A DNA stretch of 64,000 nucleotides from Octopus bimaculoides (taxonomy: Eukaryota), in NCBI RefSeq assembly GCF_001194135.2, contig NC_068988.1, forward strand, positions 53,120,704 to 53,184,703, written 5' to 3'. The notes under the pieces were generated by a model, which saw only the letters and a program-made list of their open reading frames with translations, was not told where the DNA came from and searched no databases. How positions within the stretch are numbered: the stretch's first letter is position 1; each line of letters starts with the position of its first letter. This document shows, in pieces, positions 1 to 12,659 of the stretch. The position numbers and the translations under genes were made by a program.

Positions 1-363
1 TGCCAGGGCCCCTGGACTGGCTCTTGTGCGGGTGGCACATAAGATGTACCATCCTGAGCGTGATCGTTGCCAGTACCGCCTGACTGGCCTTGTAGGGTTT
101 TCGAGCGAGGTCGTTGCCAGTGCCCCTGGACTGGCTCTTGTGCGGGTGGCACATAAAATACACCATTTCGAGCGTGGCCGTTTTCGTGCGGGTGACACGT
201 AAAAGCACCCACTACACTCTCTGTGTGGTTGGCGTTAGGAAGGGCATCCAGCTGTAGAAACTCTGCCAAATTAGATTGGAGCCTGGTGTAGCCATCCGGT
301 TGCACCAGTCCTCAGTCAAATCGTGGAAAGCGGACGTTAAACGATGATGATGATGATGATGAT
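1..363 (+). mobile_element. RTE-type 3' tail repeat with internal tandem subrepeats and a (GAT)n tail
   Basis: Near-identical blocks recur at 20445-20731, 21128-21370 (reverse) and 59970-60210 (reverse), with more diverged copies near 8340, 23350, 34630, 46420, 47480, 48570 and 55700. At 36262-36910 the tail is attached to RTE coding sequence. Confidence 0.75.
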
Positions 364-655
364 CAAAAGGAGATCAATATTAATTTTGAAATATCAGAGA
401 TCAATATTCAGTAGAGATATTACAGTAAGTTGACTTTTAGAATGAAACTCTGTTTAAATGTGTGGTATATGTGTAGAGTGGAGACAGTCTTAAGTGATGG
501 ACAGGTAACTGTGGACTGGGATGGTACTTTTGACCATTTTTTGATTCTTTTTGTAAGTTTTGAAGAGTTTGAGAAACACTGCTTTGACCATTTTGTGACT
601 GTGTATGCTTTCTTGTTTAAACAGAAACCACTTATTTTCAAGAGTCCATATTTAA

Positions 656-810
656 CCCTTTAGCATTTAAACCAACCATATCCAGCCCAAATACCCTGTT
701 TTATGTTCAGACCAACAAGATCCAGTCTCTAACACCTACTTTATAATGTCATTCTAAATATATATACAATCACATCATTGAAATCTTGATGCTACAAGAT
801 AATGCATGAG
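656..810. mobile_element. Truncated piggyBac-type MITE
   Basis: TTAA-CCCTTTAGCATTTAAACC start and family interior; no right end seen. Confidence 0.6.
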
Positions 811-844
811 GTTCTGTACTATAGAATCAGGTAATCTCAGGTAG

Positions 845-1428
845 TCTTCTTCTTGCCTTTAACCCTCCAACGCGGAGTTTAGGCCACTTATAATTGAATT
901 CCATGTCGCATAATTTTTCGCTTCTGTACTTATACTCTGCCATGAATGTCCCCCTTTCTCTAGTTCCTTTTGTGTTGATCTACGCCACAAGTTCTTAGGC
1001 CTACCCCTCTTTCTATATCCATCCAGATTCCACTATAAAACACTTTCGCTGCATTTGGTGTGTCCTTTCTAATTGTGCTACCAATCCACTTCTACTTTTT
1101 CTTAAATATTTGCTCCCTAATCGGAACTTGATTCATTCTTTGCCATAGCTCCATATTGCTTATGTGTTCGGGCCATCTGATTTTAAGTATACTATGCAAG
1201 CACCTGTTGATGAATGATTGTATTTGCTTATTTGACTTAACTGTTGTTCGCCGTGTCTCATCCCCATACAATAACACCGCTTTTACGTTAGTGTTAAAAA
1301 TTCTTATTTTGTTCTTTATTGAAATTACACTTGCGCTCCATACTTTTTTAACAGGTGGAAAGCGGTCCTTGCCTTACTTATTCTCGTCTTAATATCTTTG
1401 TCATTGCCGCCTGAGAACGTTAATATTT
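845..1428 (-). mobile_element. 5'-truncated RTE-clade LINE with 11-bp target-site duplication
   Basis: Minus strand encodes KTRISKARTAFHLLKKVW...KAVLLYGDETRRTT...RCLHSILKIRWPEHISNMELW...stop-KWIG (RTE RT C-terminus). TSD ATCTCAGGTAG at 834-844 and 1429-1439. Confidence 0.85.
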
Positions 1429-2088
1429 ATCTCAGGTAGACTGGTATCAAAAGAGTTAAAACAGCTGATGAGCTGACTAGAGATCAGAGGCATTTGAGGT
1501 GAGGTATGAAGGAGGTGGTGGTGGTGGTGGGCAAGAACTGTATTACAATTGAAGATTTGCAAAATGTTAAGTTCAAAAACTAAGTCTATCATGTGTACTT
1601 GTGGGCTAAGGGTTGCTGTTATGGTACCTACTTATGATACCTAAGGTGGTTTAGCATCTGAGATAAAATATGAACTGTTGATCTTTTGCTCTTTTGGCCA
1701 TCATCCTTAAGTGTGTGACTCTATGTTTAAAGAAATACTGTCATGTGATGAATATTTATGAATTAGATGTGGAAGTAGAAATTAGCTTATAAATAGTTCA
1801 AGACTGATTGATAAATAAATAAATATTTGTCAAGCATGATGTAATGTTAGTCATGTCACTTTAATTCAGTTGAAATGTTATGAGTTTGTTTTATAGACAG
1901 CCATAAAAATAATATATATTCACTGATTCAGAACAAAACTGTCTGCCATCTAATATGTCTACATTGATAAAATAACTTGCATCCACTAACCAATGAGTGG
2001 GCCTCAATTTGCTAGAAATAGCAGTCAAATCTCCTCCGTGTTACACCCTGCCATAATAAAGTAAAGAAAGAATACACACATTTTGACT

Positions 2089-2137
<49 letters not shown>

Positions 2138-4271
2138 CTCTGCTTGAGATAGCATCTGTCTGCATTAAGTTAATATTTCTGTACTAAAACATGTATCCTT
2201 AAGTGAGGCCTATCTTCTAACTCAGTTGAGATGTAATACATCCACTCTGAGTCATGTTCTTTATCCATTTTTAAGACATATTTAATCAATATCAAGTCAA
2301 TGAGGGAACCTTTATATAGTTTCTTGACCTGATAGAGATAGCAGCTAATCATCTTCCTGTAGTAAAACGGTAGGGATACATGGAATAATAATATAACTTT
2401 ATAATAATGTAGCCCTAGGTTCATAAGCAACGCCTGCATGAAAGATGAAATATAGAATGGTTGTAATACCTCTGATTATATGTCCACTCAGTCAGAGCTG
2501 ACCTGGGGCTATAGAACAACATTAGTTACATTTGCTAATTTGGTTTTGTGTCCATATTGATGTAATATTGAGACAGTATTTGTTTACATTCATGTGATAT
2601 ACTATTTCTGCATTAGAATATTCACTATATTCTAAGGCAGTGAGCTAACAGAATCATTAGCACACTGAGGAATGTGAAGATGCAGGTTGGAAAGCAGAGC
2701 ATTTTCCAATCAAAGTTGGATGTAGAGGATTCATTGGACACAGTGTGAGGTGACTGTTGTTATGGTTAGGCCTAACTCATCAAAAAGCAAATATCATCAT
2801 AAATGATATCCAAACTAAAGTGGAAAAAGCAGGCCACTGGATTTGGTTAAAAAGAGATGATGAGCAATGGCTACAAGAATTTTGAGCTAAATCTGATAAC
2901 CAGTTGATCTAGCAGGCGGGGGCCAGTGTGCAATGATACCATTGAGAGGTAGGCTCCAAAATGGTACGCATTCTCTCCTGATGACCCTATAAACTTGCTG
3001 GCTTCCAGTATTCAGAGCTTTCAACTGGTAGCTCTTGCATTTGCAAGTTGTTTGCAAAACATCTAGTTTGTTTTACATTCTGAGTTCAAATTCTACTGAG
3101 GTTGACTTCGCCTTTCATTCTTTTGGGGGTCAATGTAATCGACTTACCTCATCTCCTGAAATTTTTGGCATTGTGCCAAAATTTGAAACCATATTATCTT
3201 ATATTCTCTGTTCAAATTGAGATGCTCTCTGTCCATATGGAGACCTATGCACACAGCATAGAACATCCTGTGTGCAATGCCTGTCTTCAGTCAGACATCA
3301 GACATATAACTAAAATAATTCCATTGAATCATTGACGCACACAGTTGCTGTTGTCGTTGATTAATGAATATTGATATCCTACATTAACTGTTGAATGGTG
3401 TATGTTATTACTATCAAATATTGTCTGTTGATTCAGACACAGCCATATCACACACACACACACACACACACACCTAACTGTAGACTGGTAGATCTGTGGA
3501 AATATCACTCAATATTTGTCGGTTGCTGCATAATGATATCACATAAACTCCATTAATTGGTATTTATTTATTATCACACACACCATCTATTGATTAATTT
3601 AATATTGATACCAATTTGATGGCCTTCTGTCAATGTTAGAAATCAATATCGATATCACATAGTACCTGTTGATTGGATTTTTTTCCAATATCTATCACAC
3701 TGCTGAGTTTTTACCAATATCTATCCTCCTACTACATTTATTCTACTGTTACAAGTATGGAACTAACAAGCCATGTGACACCTGTGTCCAATCTAACTTT
3801 CCCTCCCTTATTATCTGTCATGTGCCTCAACCTCCAAGACCTTGTATTAAGAGCTTTTAATCCAGTCATTCTCTTCCCCAACCCCAGATAGGAAACCTTC
3901 AGAAGCCCCCTTCCCTGCCTACATTTTCCATATAGGTATCAGCCTGTAAATGTTGAAGCTAGACATCAGTTATATCGACCTTTCTGTTACAATCTTTATG
4001 GAGCTGCAAAGGCAAGGAATGCTGCCCCTTCCTCATCATCTCATCCTTCTCTTCTTCGTCAGTGTAAATATAAAGAATGGTCGTTAATCAATCTGTAGAG
4101 AGTAACGACTTTGACGAACACGGTGCTGTATTTAACTACGTGCATGCACACTCATACACACATAAGCATGTACACACATGCATACACTTGTCAAACACGA
4201 CAAATTATTGAAGTACTTGTGCTGTTCTCACCAGCTTCAACATTATATATATATACATATATATACATATG

Positions 4272-4365
<94 letters not shown>

Positions 4366-4647
4366 NNNNNNNNNNNNNNNNNNNNNNNNNNNNNNNNNNN
4401 NNNNNNNNNNNNNNNNNNNNNNNNNNNNNNNNNNNNNNNNNNNNNNNNNNNNNNNNNNNNNNNNNNNNNNNNNNNNNNNNNNNNNNNNNNNNNNNNNNNN
4501 NNNNNNNNNNNNNNNNNNNNNNNNNNNNNNNNNNNNNNNNNNNNNNNNNNNNNNNNNNNNNNNNNNNNNNNNNNNNNNNNNNNNNNNNNNNNNNNNNNNN
4601 NNNNNNNNNNNNNNNNNNNNNNNNNNNNNNNNNNNNNNNNNNNNNNN

Positions 4648-4717
<70 letters not shown>

Positions 4718-5446
4718 CTACATACATATATATGCACACACACATACATATATACATACATATACTACTTACTCTGTGTGTGTGTGTTTCTGTGTCTCCG
4801 TGTATGTATCTGTGTGCATTAGTTTGCGCTGTAGAGTTTAAGGAGCAATTAGTAACCGAATAAGAATTTAGATGATAGTTCATCACTTCCTTTCACACCT
4901 GCTAACACACACACAGTTGCTATGGAAGTTAGTGTGAGAGAAACTAGAGTAAGTGGCTTCAGTGTTAAGTGGCCACAATGACCCACTTCTAACTCATCTT
5001 AGAAAAAAATCTTCTCAAGAATACTTTCAGTATGGTTCATGCTTGACCCTTCTTCAACATATTGTTATCTCTCCAAAGTTGTGCTACTCTTCTACCGTGT
5101 CAGGAATATTATTATTATTATTATTAAGTAAGACAGCGATGCATGCCATCAAAGTGACACCCGGGTACAAGTATACAAAACCCAGTATACCCGTCATGAG
5201 TACCTGTCTGATAAGGGTACCCTAGGGACATGCATCACAACCATATATGCACGATGTGGCAGAATTGTTAGCATGCTTAGCGGCATTTTGTCTATCTTTA
5301 TGGTCTGAGTTCAAATTCCACCAAGGTCGACTTTGCCATTTATCTTTTCAGAGTTGATGAAATAAGTATCAAACGAGCTCTGGGATCGAAATAATTGATT
5401 AGCACCCTCTCCTAAAATTTCAGGTCATGTGCCTATAGTAGAAAGA

Positions 5447-5485
<39 letters not shown>

Positions 5486-5986
5486 GAGTGAGAGAGCAGT
5501 GCATGCCATCAAAGTGACACTGGGGTAAAATATACAAAGCCCAATATACCCATCATGACTACCCGTCTGATAAGGGTACACCAGGCACATGCATCACAAC
5601 CATATGTACGCGACATGGTGATCTCATATCAAGATAAACAGCGCATGACCTCGCAGGTAGGGCCCAGTTAGAATTTTTTTCAGCTCGAGTAGCCCATCCC
5701 GCTCAAACGGTCCCTGAATAAGGTTTGTTTAAGGATGTTGAGCAAAACACCCATGTTTCCAAAGGTGAATTATCCAAACCCCAAACAATTCCTCTCAACA
5801 CATGGCTATGATGCTCCCCCACTACTTCTGCTCGTGATCAGAGATGCACATATCATCAGCTACTAAGGGACATGCTCAACTGGTTAAGGTCAAACAACTG
5901 ACAAGCAGATCTGTGGTATTGAACAGAATATTTGCTGTAGCCCATCTTTTATACCAAGACAAGACAATGTACATGATATCACTTCC

Positions 5987-5990
<4 letters not shown>
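5486..5990 (-). repeat. About 500-bp interspersed repeat bordered by (ATT)n, with a truncated second copy at 5128-5255
   Basis: gcatgccatcaaagtgacac...gataagggtac..catgcatcacaaccatat occurs at both loci. Confidence 0.6.
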
Positions 5991-6019
<29 letters not shown>

Positions 6020-6285
6020 TGGTTTGGTTCAGGTTCGGTCTTATTTCTGGTAGGAATTATGTGGATAGCAGGTTACTACCTGTAACCTTAGATATCCACA
6101 AGTTTTCAGTAGTCTTTCAAGTGCTTAGAACCTTCCTGATAATCCTTGCTGTCCCCTAAGAGACAAACTTTCTGTAGGAGCTCTACCAGGCATTCTATTT
6201 CAATCTCCTTCAGCCATTTGTCTATATCTTGGTTTACTGTTCCCAATGTACCAATTATTATAAGCATGACCTTTACTGTTCACTA

Positions 6286-6319
<34 letters not shown>

Positions 6320-7240
6320 CATTGGGAAGGCACTTGGCCTAGTGGTCTGGACGTTGCACTCGTGATCGCTAGATCATGGGTTTGATTCCAGGACTGGGTG
6401 GCATGTTGTGTTCTTGAACAAATCACTTCGTTTCACGTTGCTCTGCAATCATTTCAGCATCTGACATGTGGCACACTTGTGCACCTGTACAGGTAATATC
6501 ACTTTGATGGAGGAAGTGAGCTAATGAACAGGACATACATTTGATCACTATAAACAAATTGTTTGTGCAGAAGCTGGACACTCATGTGTCATCTTCAACA
6601 AGAGAGATCATCGTCATCATTATTGTTATTAAGGTGGTGAGTTGGCAGAATTGTTAGCATGCTGGGCAAAATGCTTAGCAGTATTTCATCTGCCACTATG
6701 TTCTGAGTTCAAATTCCACTGAGGTTGACTTTGCCTTTCGTTTTTTAGGAGGTTGATAAATTAAATAGCAGTGAAGCATTGGGGTTGATGTAGTTGACTA
6801 GTCCCCTCCCAATAAATTTCACACCTTGTGCCTTTAGTAGAAAGGATTTTGAAAAGGAAGATGAGAGTAGAGAGGGAAGTGCTGTCTCAGCAAATTTATT
6901 GAAAGGTGGGTGAATGTCGGTAAAATGGCCAGTATGAACGGACCAATTCTGAGATTGCACCTGTAAAAAAAAAAAAAAAGTAATATGAAAGGAAAAGGGG
7001 CTCTCTACCCCTTTTTGACCAGGCTCCTGTGGCTTTTATGGGTCTTTCCACGAGTAACCTTTCAAAATGCCTCCCCCTATTGGGATTTCTTTCTAACTAT
7101 TATATTTTTTTCGCTGTTATTTTAATGTTTACATGGACCTTTCTTTTTCGCAAAACCCTTTGTACTTTTCGTCCTGTGTTTGTCCTTAGATGTTTTTGAT
7201 TTATATTAGCCCTTGTGGCCAATAAAACCAGAATTAATTA

Positions 7241-7280
<40 letters not shown>

Positions 7281-7737
7281 GGCAATGAGCTGGCAGAATT
7301 GTTAGCACGCCAGGCAAAATGCTTTATGGCATTTCGTCCGTCTTTATGTTCTGATTTCAAATTCCACCAAGGTTGTTTTGCCATTCATCCTTTCGCAGGT
7401 CAATAAACTAAGTACCAGTGAAACACTGGAGTCGATATAATCGACTAGTCCCCCACCCCCGCCCCACAAAATTTCAGGACTTGTGCCTTTAGTAGAAAAT
7501 ATTATTATTAGTATTAAGTTGGCAAGCTGGCAGAATTGTTACTGTGTTGGACAAAAAGCTTAGCAACATTTCTTCTAGCTTTACATTCTAAGTTCACATT
7601 CCGCCGAGGTCGATGTTATCCTCTTGGGATAAATAAAATAAATACCAATTGGGCCCTGGGGTTTATGTTATCAGCTAGCTTCTTCCCCCAAGATTTCAGG
7701 CCATGTTCCTACAGAAGAAAGAAATACCACCACCACC

Positions 7738-7774
<37 letters not shown>

Positions 7775-8033
7775 GCTGAATACATTTTACTTCACTGACA
7801 GCAAGATGGCGAAATTTCAAATTTAAATTGTTTGTTTATTTAAAATGCTGTGTTGATTTGAAAAAAATATATTCAGTTTAAATATAAAGCATCTTTGAAA
7901 GAATTAGAAAGTCATTAACTTTACCTCTATTTTCATTTTCAGAAAAAAATAGATGTCTTTTATTGGGTAAATTATTGAAATTTAGACGGTCGTATTCAGT
8001 GAAGGCCTAATAAATAGGTTTTTTTTTACTTAA

Positions 8034-8254
8034 CCCTTTAGTGTTTAAACCAGCCATATCAGGCCAAAATTGTCTTCCAGTTTTATGCTCAAACCAGCCA
8101 GCTCTGACCTCTCACACCTACCCTACAAAGTCATTCTAAAAATAAACAGGGACATTATCAAAATCTCAAGTGTTACAAGATGCTGTACAATTAACTTAAA
8201 ACAATGTAATTAAACAGGCTTTACATTTGACAGAGTAATCTGAATGCTAAAAGG
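8034..8254. mobile_element. piggyBac-type MITE, same family
   Basis: TTAA-CCCTTTAG...CTAAAAGG-TTAA, with internal similarity to 11958-12178. Confidence 0.7.
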
Positions 8255-9520
8255 TTAAAGTGTTTATTGTAGAAATATTTTCTTTCATATTGTATAAACT
8301 CAATAGATCGTCATCATCACCATCATCATCGTCATCATCATCATCATCATTGTCATGATTTAACATTCACTTCATGCTTGCATGGGTTAGAAGGAATTTG
8401 ATGAAGCAAATTTTCTACAGCTGGATGTCATTCCTGTCGTCAACCATCACCTGTTTCTAAGCAAAGTTGATATTTTCCCCATGGCTAGACATGTTTTTCA
8501 TGGATGAGTAGAAATGAACAACCTGACTTGTGCGATGATGATGTTCATTTACAATCATCACATGATGTCTAGACAAGGGTACATACAAACACACACACAC
8601 ATACATGTACACACACACACACACACACACATGCGCAGCAGGTTTCTTTCAGTTTCCATCTATGAAATCCATTTACAAGGCTTTGGCCAACCCAGGGCTA
8701 TAGTAGGTCACTTGCCCAAGGTACCATGCAGTGGAACTGAACCCGTGACCATGTGGTTGGGAAGCAAGTTTCCTAACTATACTGCCATGCTTGTGCCTAC
8801 AAACTTAGTCTATACATTGTACAATATTTACATTCATTTTAATGACTTCTTCATAAGCACCTTTCCTAGTCAAGATTCTGTTTTCATCATTATTCTTGGC
8901 TGCTATTTCTAGTCAGGTGAATAACCACATAAAAGCAGTCACATTTATGAATACATGTGTGTATATTAGTAATATTTGTGAAAGACATGAATGTCAAAGG
9001 GAATTTTCGTTTATAATAATTTTGTTCACAATATTGGTGTTACGCTTCAGTGAAATATATTGCCCAAGCTTCCTCATGCATAAACAAAGTGATAAAAGAA
9101 GTTTCAAATTTCACAATTTCTTTTACTTATAAATGTACAAGTGGAAAATAATATACAAATAACAGAATTAACTAATTTACTGACGGGTTTTTCTAAAACA
9201 GTTTACCCATAAGTAGTTTCATGTGGTAGAATGTACTACAGCCCATACTATAATGGAGAAAGGTGCTTATCAATTAGTTGTGAGTGTGCAAATTTTACTA
9301 AAAAAAAACAATTAAAGTCCACATTGTCTAGAAAATTCTTATAAGTTACAATTTTAACATTTTTCTATATTCTTTTATTACTCAAGATTTTAGCTTAATG
9401 ATTCAATCACAAATCTAATTTTTATTTACTGTAACACAGTCATCTTAACTACATAACTATAGATGTGTGCTCCTCTGACTTTGTTTCCTCATGCTTTTGA
9501 AAAATGGATATATCTAGATA

Positions 9521-11674
9521 CAAGGTGGTATCAAAAAGTTCCCAGACTAGTTCTGTAGTATGTCAACAAATGGCAGCACATGATTACATATGCAGTGAGA
9601 GCTAGCAGTGGCCTTCATGAAGCACTGTGCCAAGTGACATTGCTGTGCCTACTTTGCAAGTTGTAAAATTTGTGTTTTTGTGATCATGTGTATATTGTAG
9701 TCTGTGATCTTTGTCATAGACAGGAAGTTAGAACAAAGAGCCAACATGAAATTTTGTGCTAAGCTTGGCAAGTCTGCTACAGAGACATCGAGCATGTTTC
9801 GGCAAGCTTATGGTGACAAGGCAATGGGTCACACACAATGTTTTGAGTGGCATGGGCACTTCAAAAGCAGAATAACAACCCTGGAAAGACAATGAGTGAT
9901 CTGAAAGATCTGCCATGAGCATCGCCTCTGGAAGTGTGGAGAAAATTCAAAGCTTATACATGAGGATTGTTAGAGGATAATCAACCACATTGCTGATGTT
10001 GTTGGCCTGTTGTATGGGTCTGTGCAGGCAATCTTAACATCTGAATGGAACAGCATGTCTCTGCCAAGTTTGTCCTCCACCTGTTGACCACTGAGCAGAA
10101 ACAACATCATATCAAATTCTGTCTCTGCTAATGATCCATTCTTCATGTCGAGGATCATCACTGGTGACGAGAGTTGAGTCTATGAGTGCAACCCTGAGAC
10201 AAAGCAGCAGTCATCACAATGGAAGAGGCCTTTATCTCCATGGCTGAAGAAGGCACAACAGAGCCGTAGATATCAAGAGCATGCTCGTCTACTTTATTGA
10301 CATAAGCAGTATTGTGCATCAGGAATTCGTCGACCAGGGCCAGACCCTCAATTGAGAGTTCTGCTGTGACATTTTGAAGTGGTTGAGGGAGGGCATTCAG
10401 TAAAACCAACTGGATCTGTGGAGCGTGAAGAATGGGATTCTTCACAATGACAATGCATTCTGTTACCAAACTCTCCTCATTCATGAGATTTAGCACCTGC
10501 GAACATCCATCTCTTCCTCAAGATGAAAATGCAGTTCAAAGGTTGCTGTTTTAACACTGTTACTCTTTACTCTTTTATTTGTTTCAGTCATTTGACTGTG
10601 GCCATGCTGGAGCACCACCTTTAGTCGAGCAAATCGACCCCAGGACTTATTCTTTGGAAGCCTAGTACTTATTCTATTGGTCTCTTTTGCCGAACCGCTG
10701 AGTTACGGGGACGTAAACACACCAGCATCGGCTGTCAAGCGATGCTAGGGGGATAAACACGGACACACAAACATACACACACACACACACACATGTATAT
10801 ATATATNNNNNNNNNNNNNNNNNNNNNNNNNNNNNNNNNNNNNNNNNNNNNNNNNNNNNNNNNNNNNNNNNNNNNNNNNNNNNNNNNNNNNNNNNNNNNN
10901 NNNNNNNNNNNNNNNNNNNNNNNNNNNNNNNNNNNNNNNNNNNNNNNNNNNNNNNNNNNNNNNNNNNNNNNNNNNNNNNNNNNNNNNNNNNNNNNNNNNN
11001 NNNNNNNNNNNNNNNNNNNNNNNNNNNNNNNNNNNNNNNNNNNNNNNNNNNNNNNNNNNNNNNNNNNNNNNNNNNNNNNNNNNNNNNNNNNNNNNNNNNN
11101 NNNNNNNNNNNNNNNNNNNTACACACATACATATATATACATACACACATACATATATATATATACACACATACATATACTACGGGCTTCTTCCAGTTTC
11201 CGTCTACCAAATCCACTCACAAGGCTTTGGTCGGCCCAAGGCTATAGTAGAAGACACTTGCCCAAGGTGCCATGCAATAGGACTGAACCCATGACCATGT
11301 GGTTGGTAAGCAAGCCACTTACCACACAGCCACTCCTATGCCACTGTTGTTGAGATCCAGGGCGAATTGCAGATCCTTGACTCACCTACGGAAAATGATT
11401 TCCAGGCTGGATTCCAAAAGTGGCAGGAATGCTGAGAACTGGTGTTTTGCTGCACAAGTTGACTATTTTGAAGGAGATGATGTTAAAACTTTGGCAAATA
11501 AGTTAATTTTTATTAAACATAACTAGTCGCAGGAGTGGCTGTGTAGTAAGTAGCTTGCTTACCAACCACATGATTCTGGGTTCAGTNNNNNNNNNNGGCG
11601 GTGCTCCAGCATGGTCGCAGTCAAATGACTGAAACGAGTAAAAGAGAGTCCAGGAACTTTTTGATACCATCTCG
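9521..11674 (+). mobile_element. Mariner/Tc1 DNA transposon, decayed, interrupted by two SINE insertions
   Basis: TA-flanked TIRs caaggtggtatcaaaaagttccc / ggaactttttgataccatctcg. Transposase remnants include EQRANMKFCAKLGKSATET..AYGDKAM...FEWH and ITGDES-stop-VYECNPETKQQSSQWK; coding resumes at about 11342 after the SINE. Confidence 0.9.
10562..11341 (-). mobile_element. tRNA-headed SINE (family A: ggcataggagtggctgtgtggtaag...gggttcagtcccactg...ccttgggcaagtg) with an internal microsatellite
   Basis: Pol III A/B-box-like head and CORE-like ccttgggcaagtg. TSD cactgtt at 10555-10561 and 11342-11348. More than 15 further full or partial copies in the window (for example about 8560, 15010, 18020, 19185, 27620, 30690, 38845, 48185, 50880, 54620). 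Confidence 0.8.
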
Positions 11675-11957
11675 TATAATCAACTATAACCTTGATGGTA
11701 CTGATCCAGCACGACTATAGTCCAATAGGTCAAACCAGCAATAGAATAAAGATCATAAAAATTGGGCATGTATATATTCCCAGCCTGAACTTCAATTGGT
11801 CAATGACTCCAGGGAAAAAGATGGACCGTGAAGGAAGAAGAGCTGCAAAATGGCGAAATCTGCTGAGGGCATTTGAAGTGTATCAATTGGTGGTGTTACA
11901 ACCAAAGACATGTTTAGCCTGCAACCACAAAATTTGCTTCTCAGCTCATTTGTTTAA

Positions 11958-12178
11958 CCCTTTAGCATTTAAACCGGCCATATCTGGCCAAAAGTATTCT
12001 GCCTGTTTTATGTTCAAACTGGCCAGATCTGGTCTCTCACACCAACCCTACAATATTGTTTTAAAAATTAACAGCTACCTCATCAAAATCTCATAGCTAC
12101 AAGATAATGTATGATTAGTTCAAAACAATGTAGATGAAAAAGCATTAATTTTGACAGAATAATGCGAACACTAAAGGG
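11958..12178. mobile_element. piggyBac-type MITE (about 220 bp)
   Basis: TTAA-CCCTTTAG...CTAAAGGG-TTAA: CCC/GGG termini with a TTAA duplication. Confidence 0.75.
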
Positions 12179-12184
12179 TTAACA

Positions 12185-12659
12185 CAGTGGTTCCCAAAGT
12201 GGATTATATTGCCCCTGGGGGGGGGGGGAGTTCCAAGAGGGGTGTTGAAGANNNNNNNNNNNNNNNNNNNNNNNNNNNNNNNNNNNNNNNNNNNNNNNNN
12301 NNNNNNNNNNNNNNNNNNNNNNNNNNNNNNNNNNNNNNNNNNNNNNNNNNNNNNNNNNNNNNNNNNNNNNNNNNNNNNNNNNNNNNNNNNNNNNNNNNNN
12401 NNNNNNNNNNNNNNNNNNNNNNNNNNNNNNNNAATGGGGGTTGCAATTCATGTAAAAAGTGGGGTGATAATGGGGTGGCGACTCGTGTAAAAACAACAAA
12501 ATAATGGGTTCATTAGGTTTAGTTTTATTTGTGAAATACAGTTGCTTTGAATTTCCTTTGGAAAGAGGTCTATGTTTGTGATGGTTAGTTGGGGTGGGGG
12601 CACTAGGAATGTGGCTAGGGTCAAGGAAGTGGCAGCCTGTGAAAGTTTGGGAACCACTG
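12185..12659. mobile_element. hAT (Charlie-like) MITE containing an assembly gap
   Basis: TIRs CAGTGGTTCCCAAA / TTTGGGAACCACTG, with 8-bp flanks ggttaaca / gtttaaga (6/8 match). Confidence 0.75.

Noticed and set aside
2170-2439. 89-aa minus-strand ORF
   Set aside because: The apparent acceptor overlaps a repeat edge, there is no donor, and no motif was recognised.
4111-4886. Long ORFs made of YI/HT/CV/LS repeats and X runs (also 10674-11353, 15705-16197, 19983-21965, 26832-27730, 28176-28939, 35095-35906, 57398-58543)
   Set aside because: Artefacts of dinucleotide microsatellites and N-gaps that lack stop codons.
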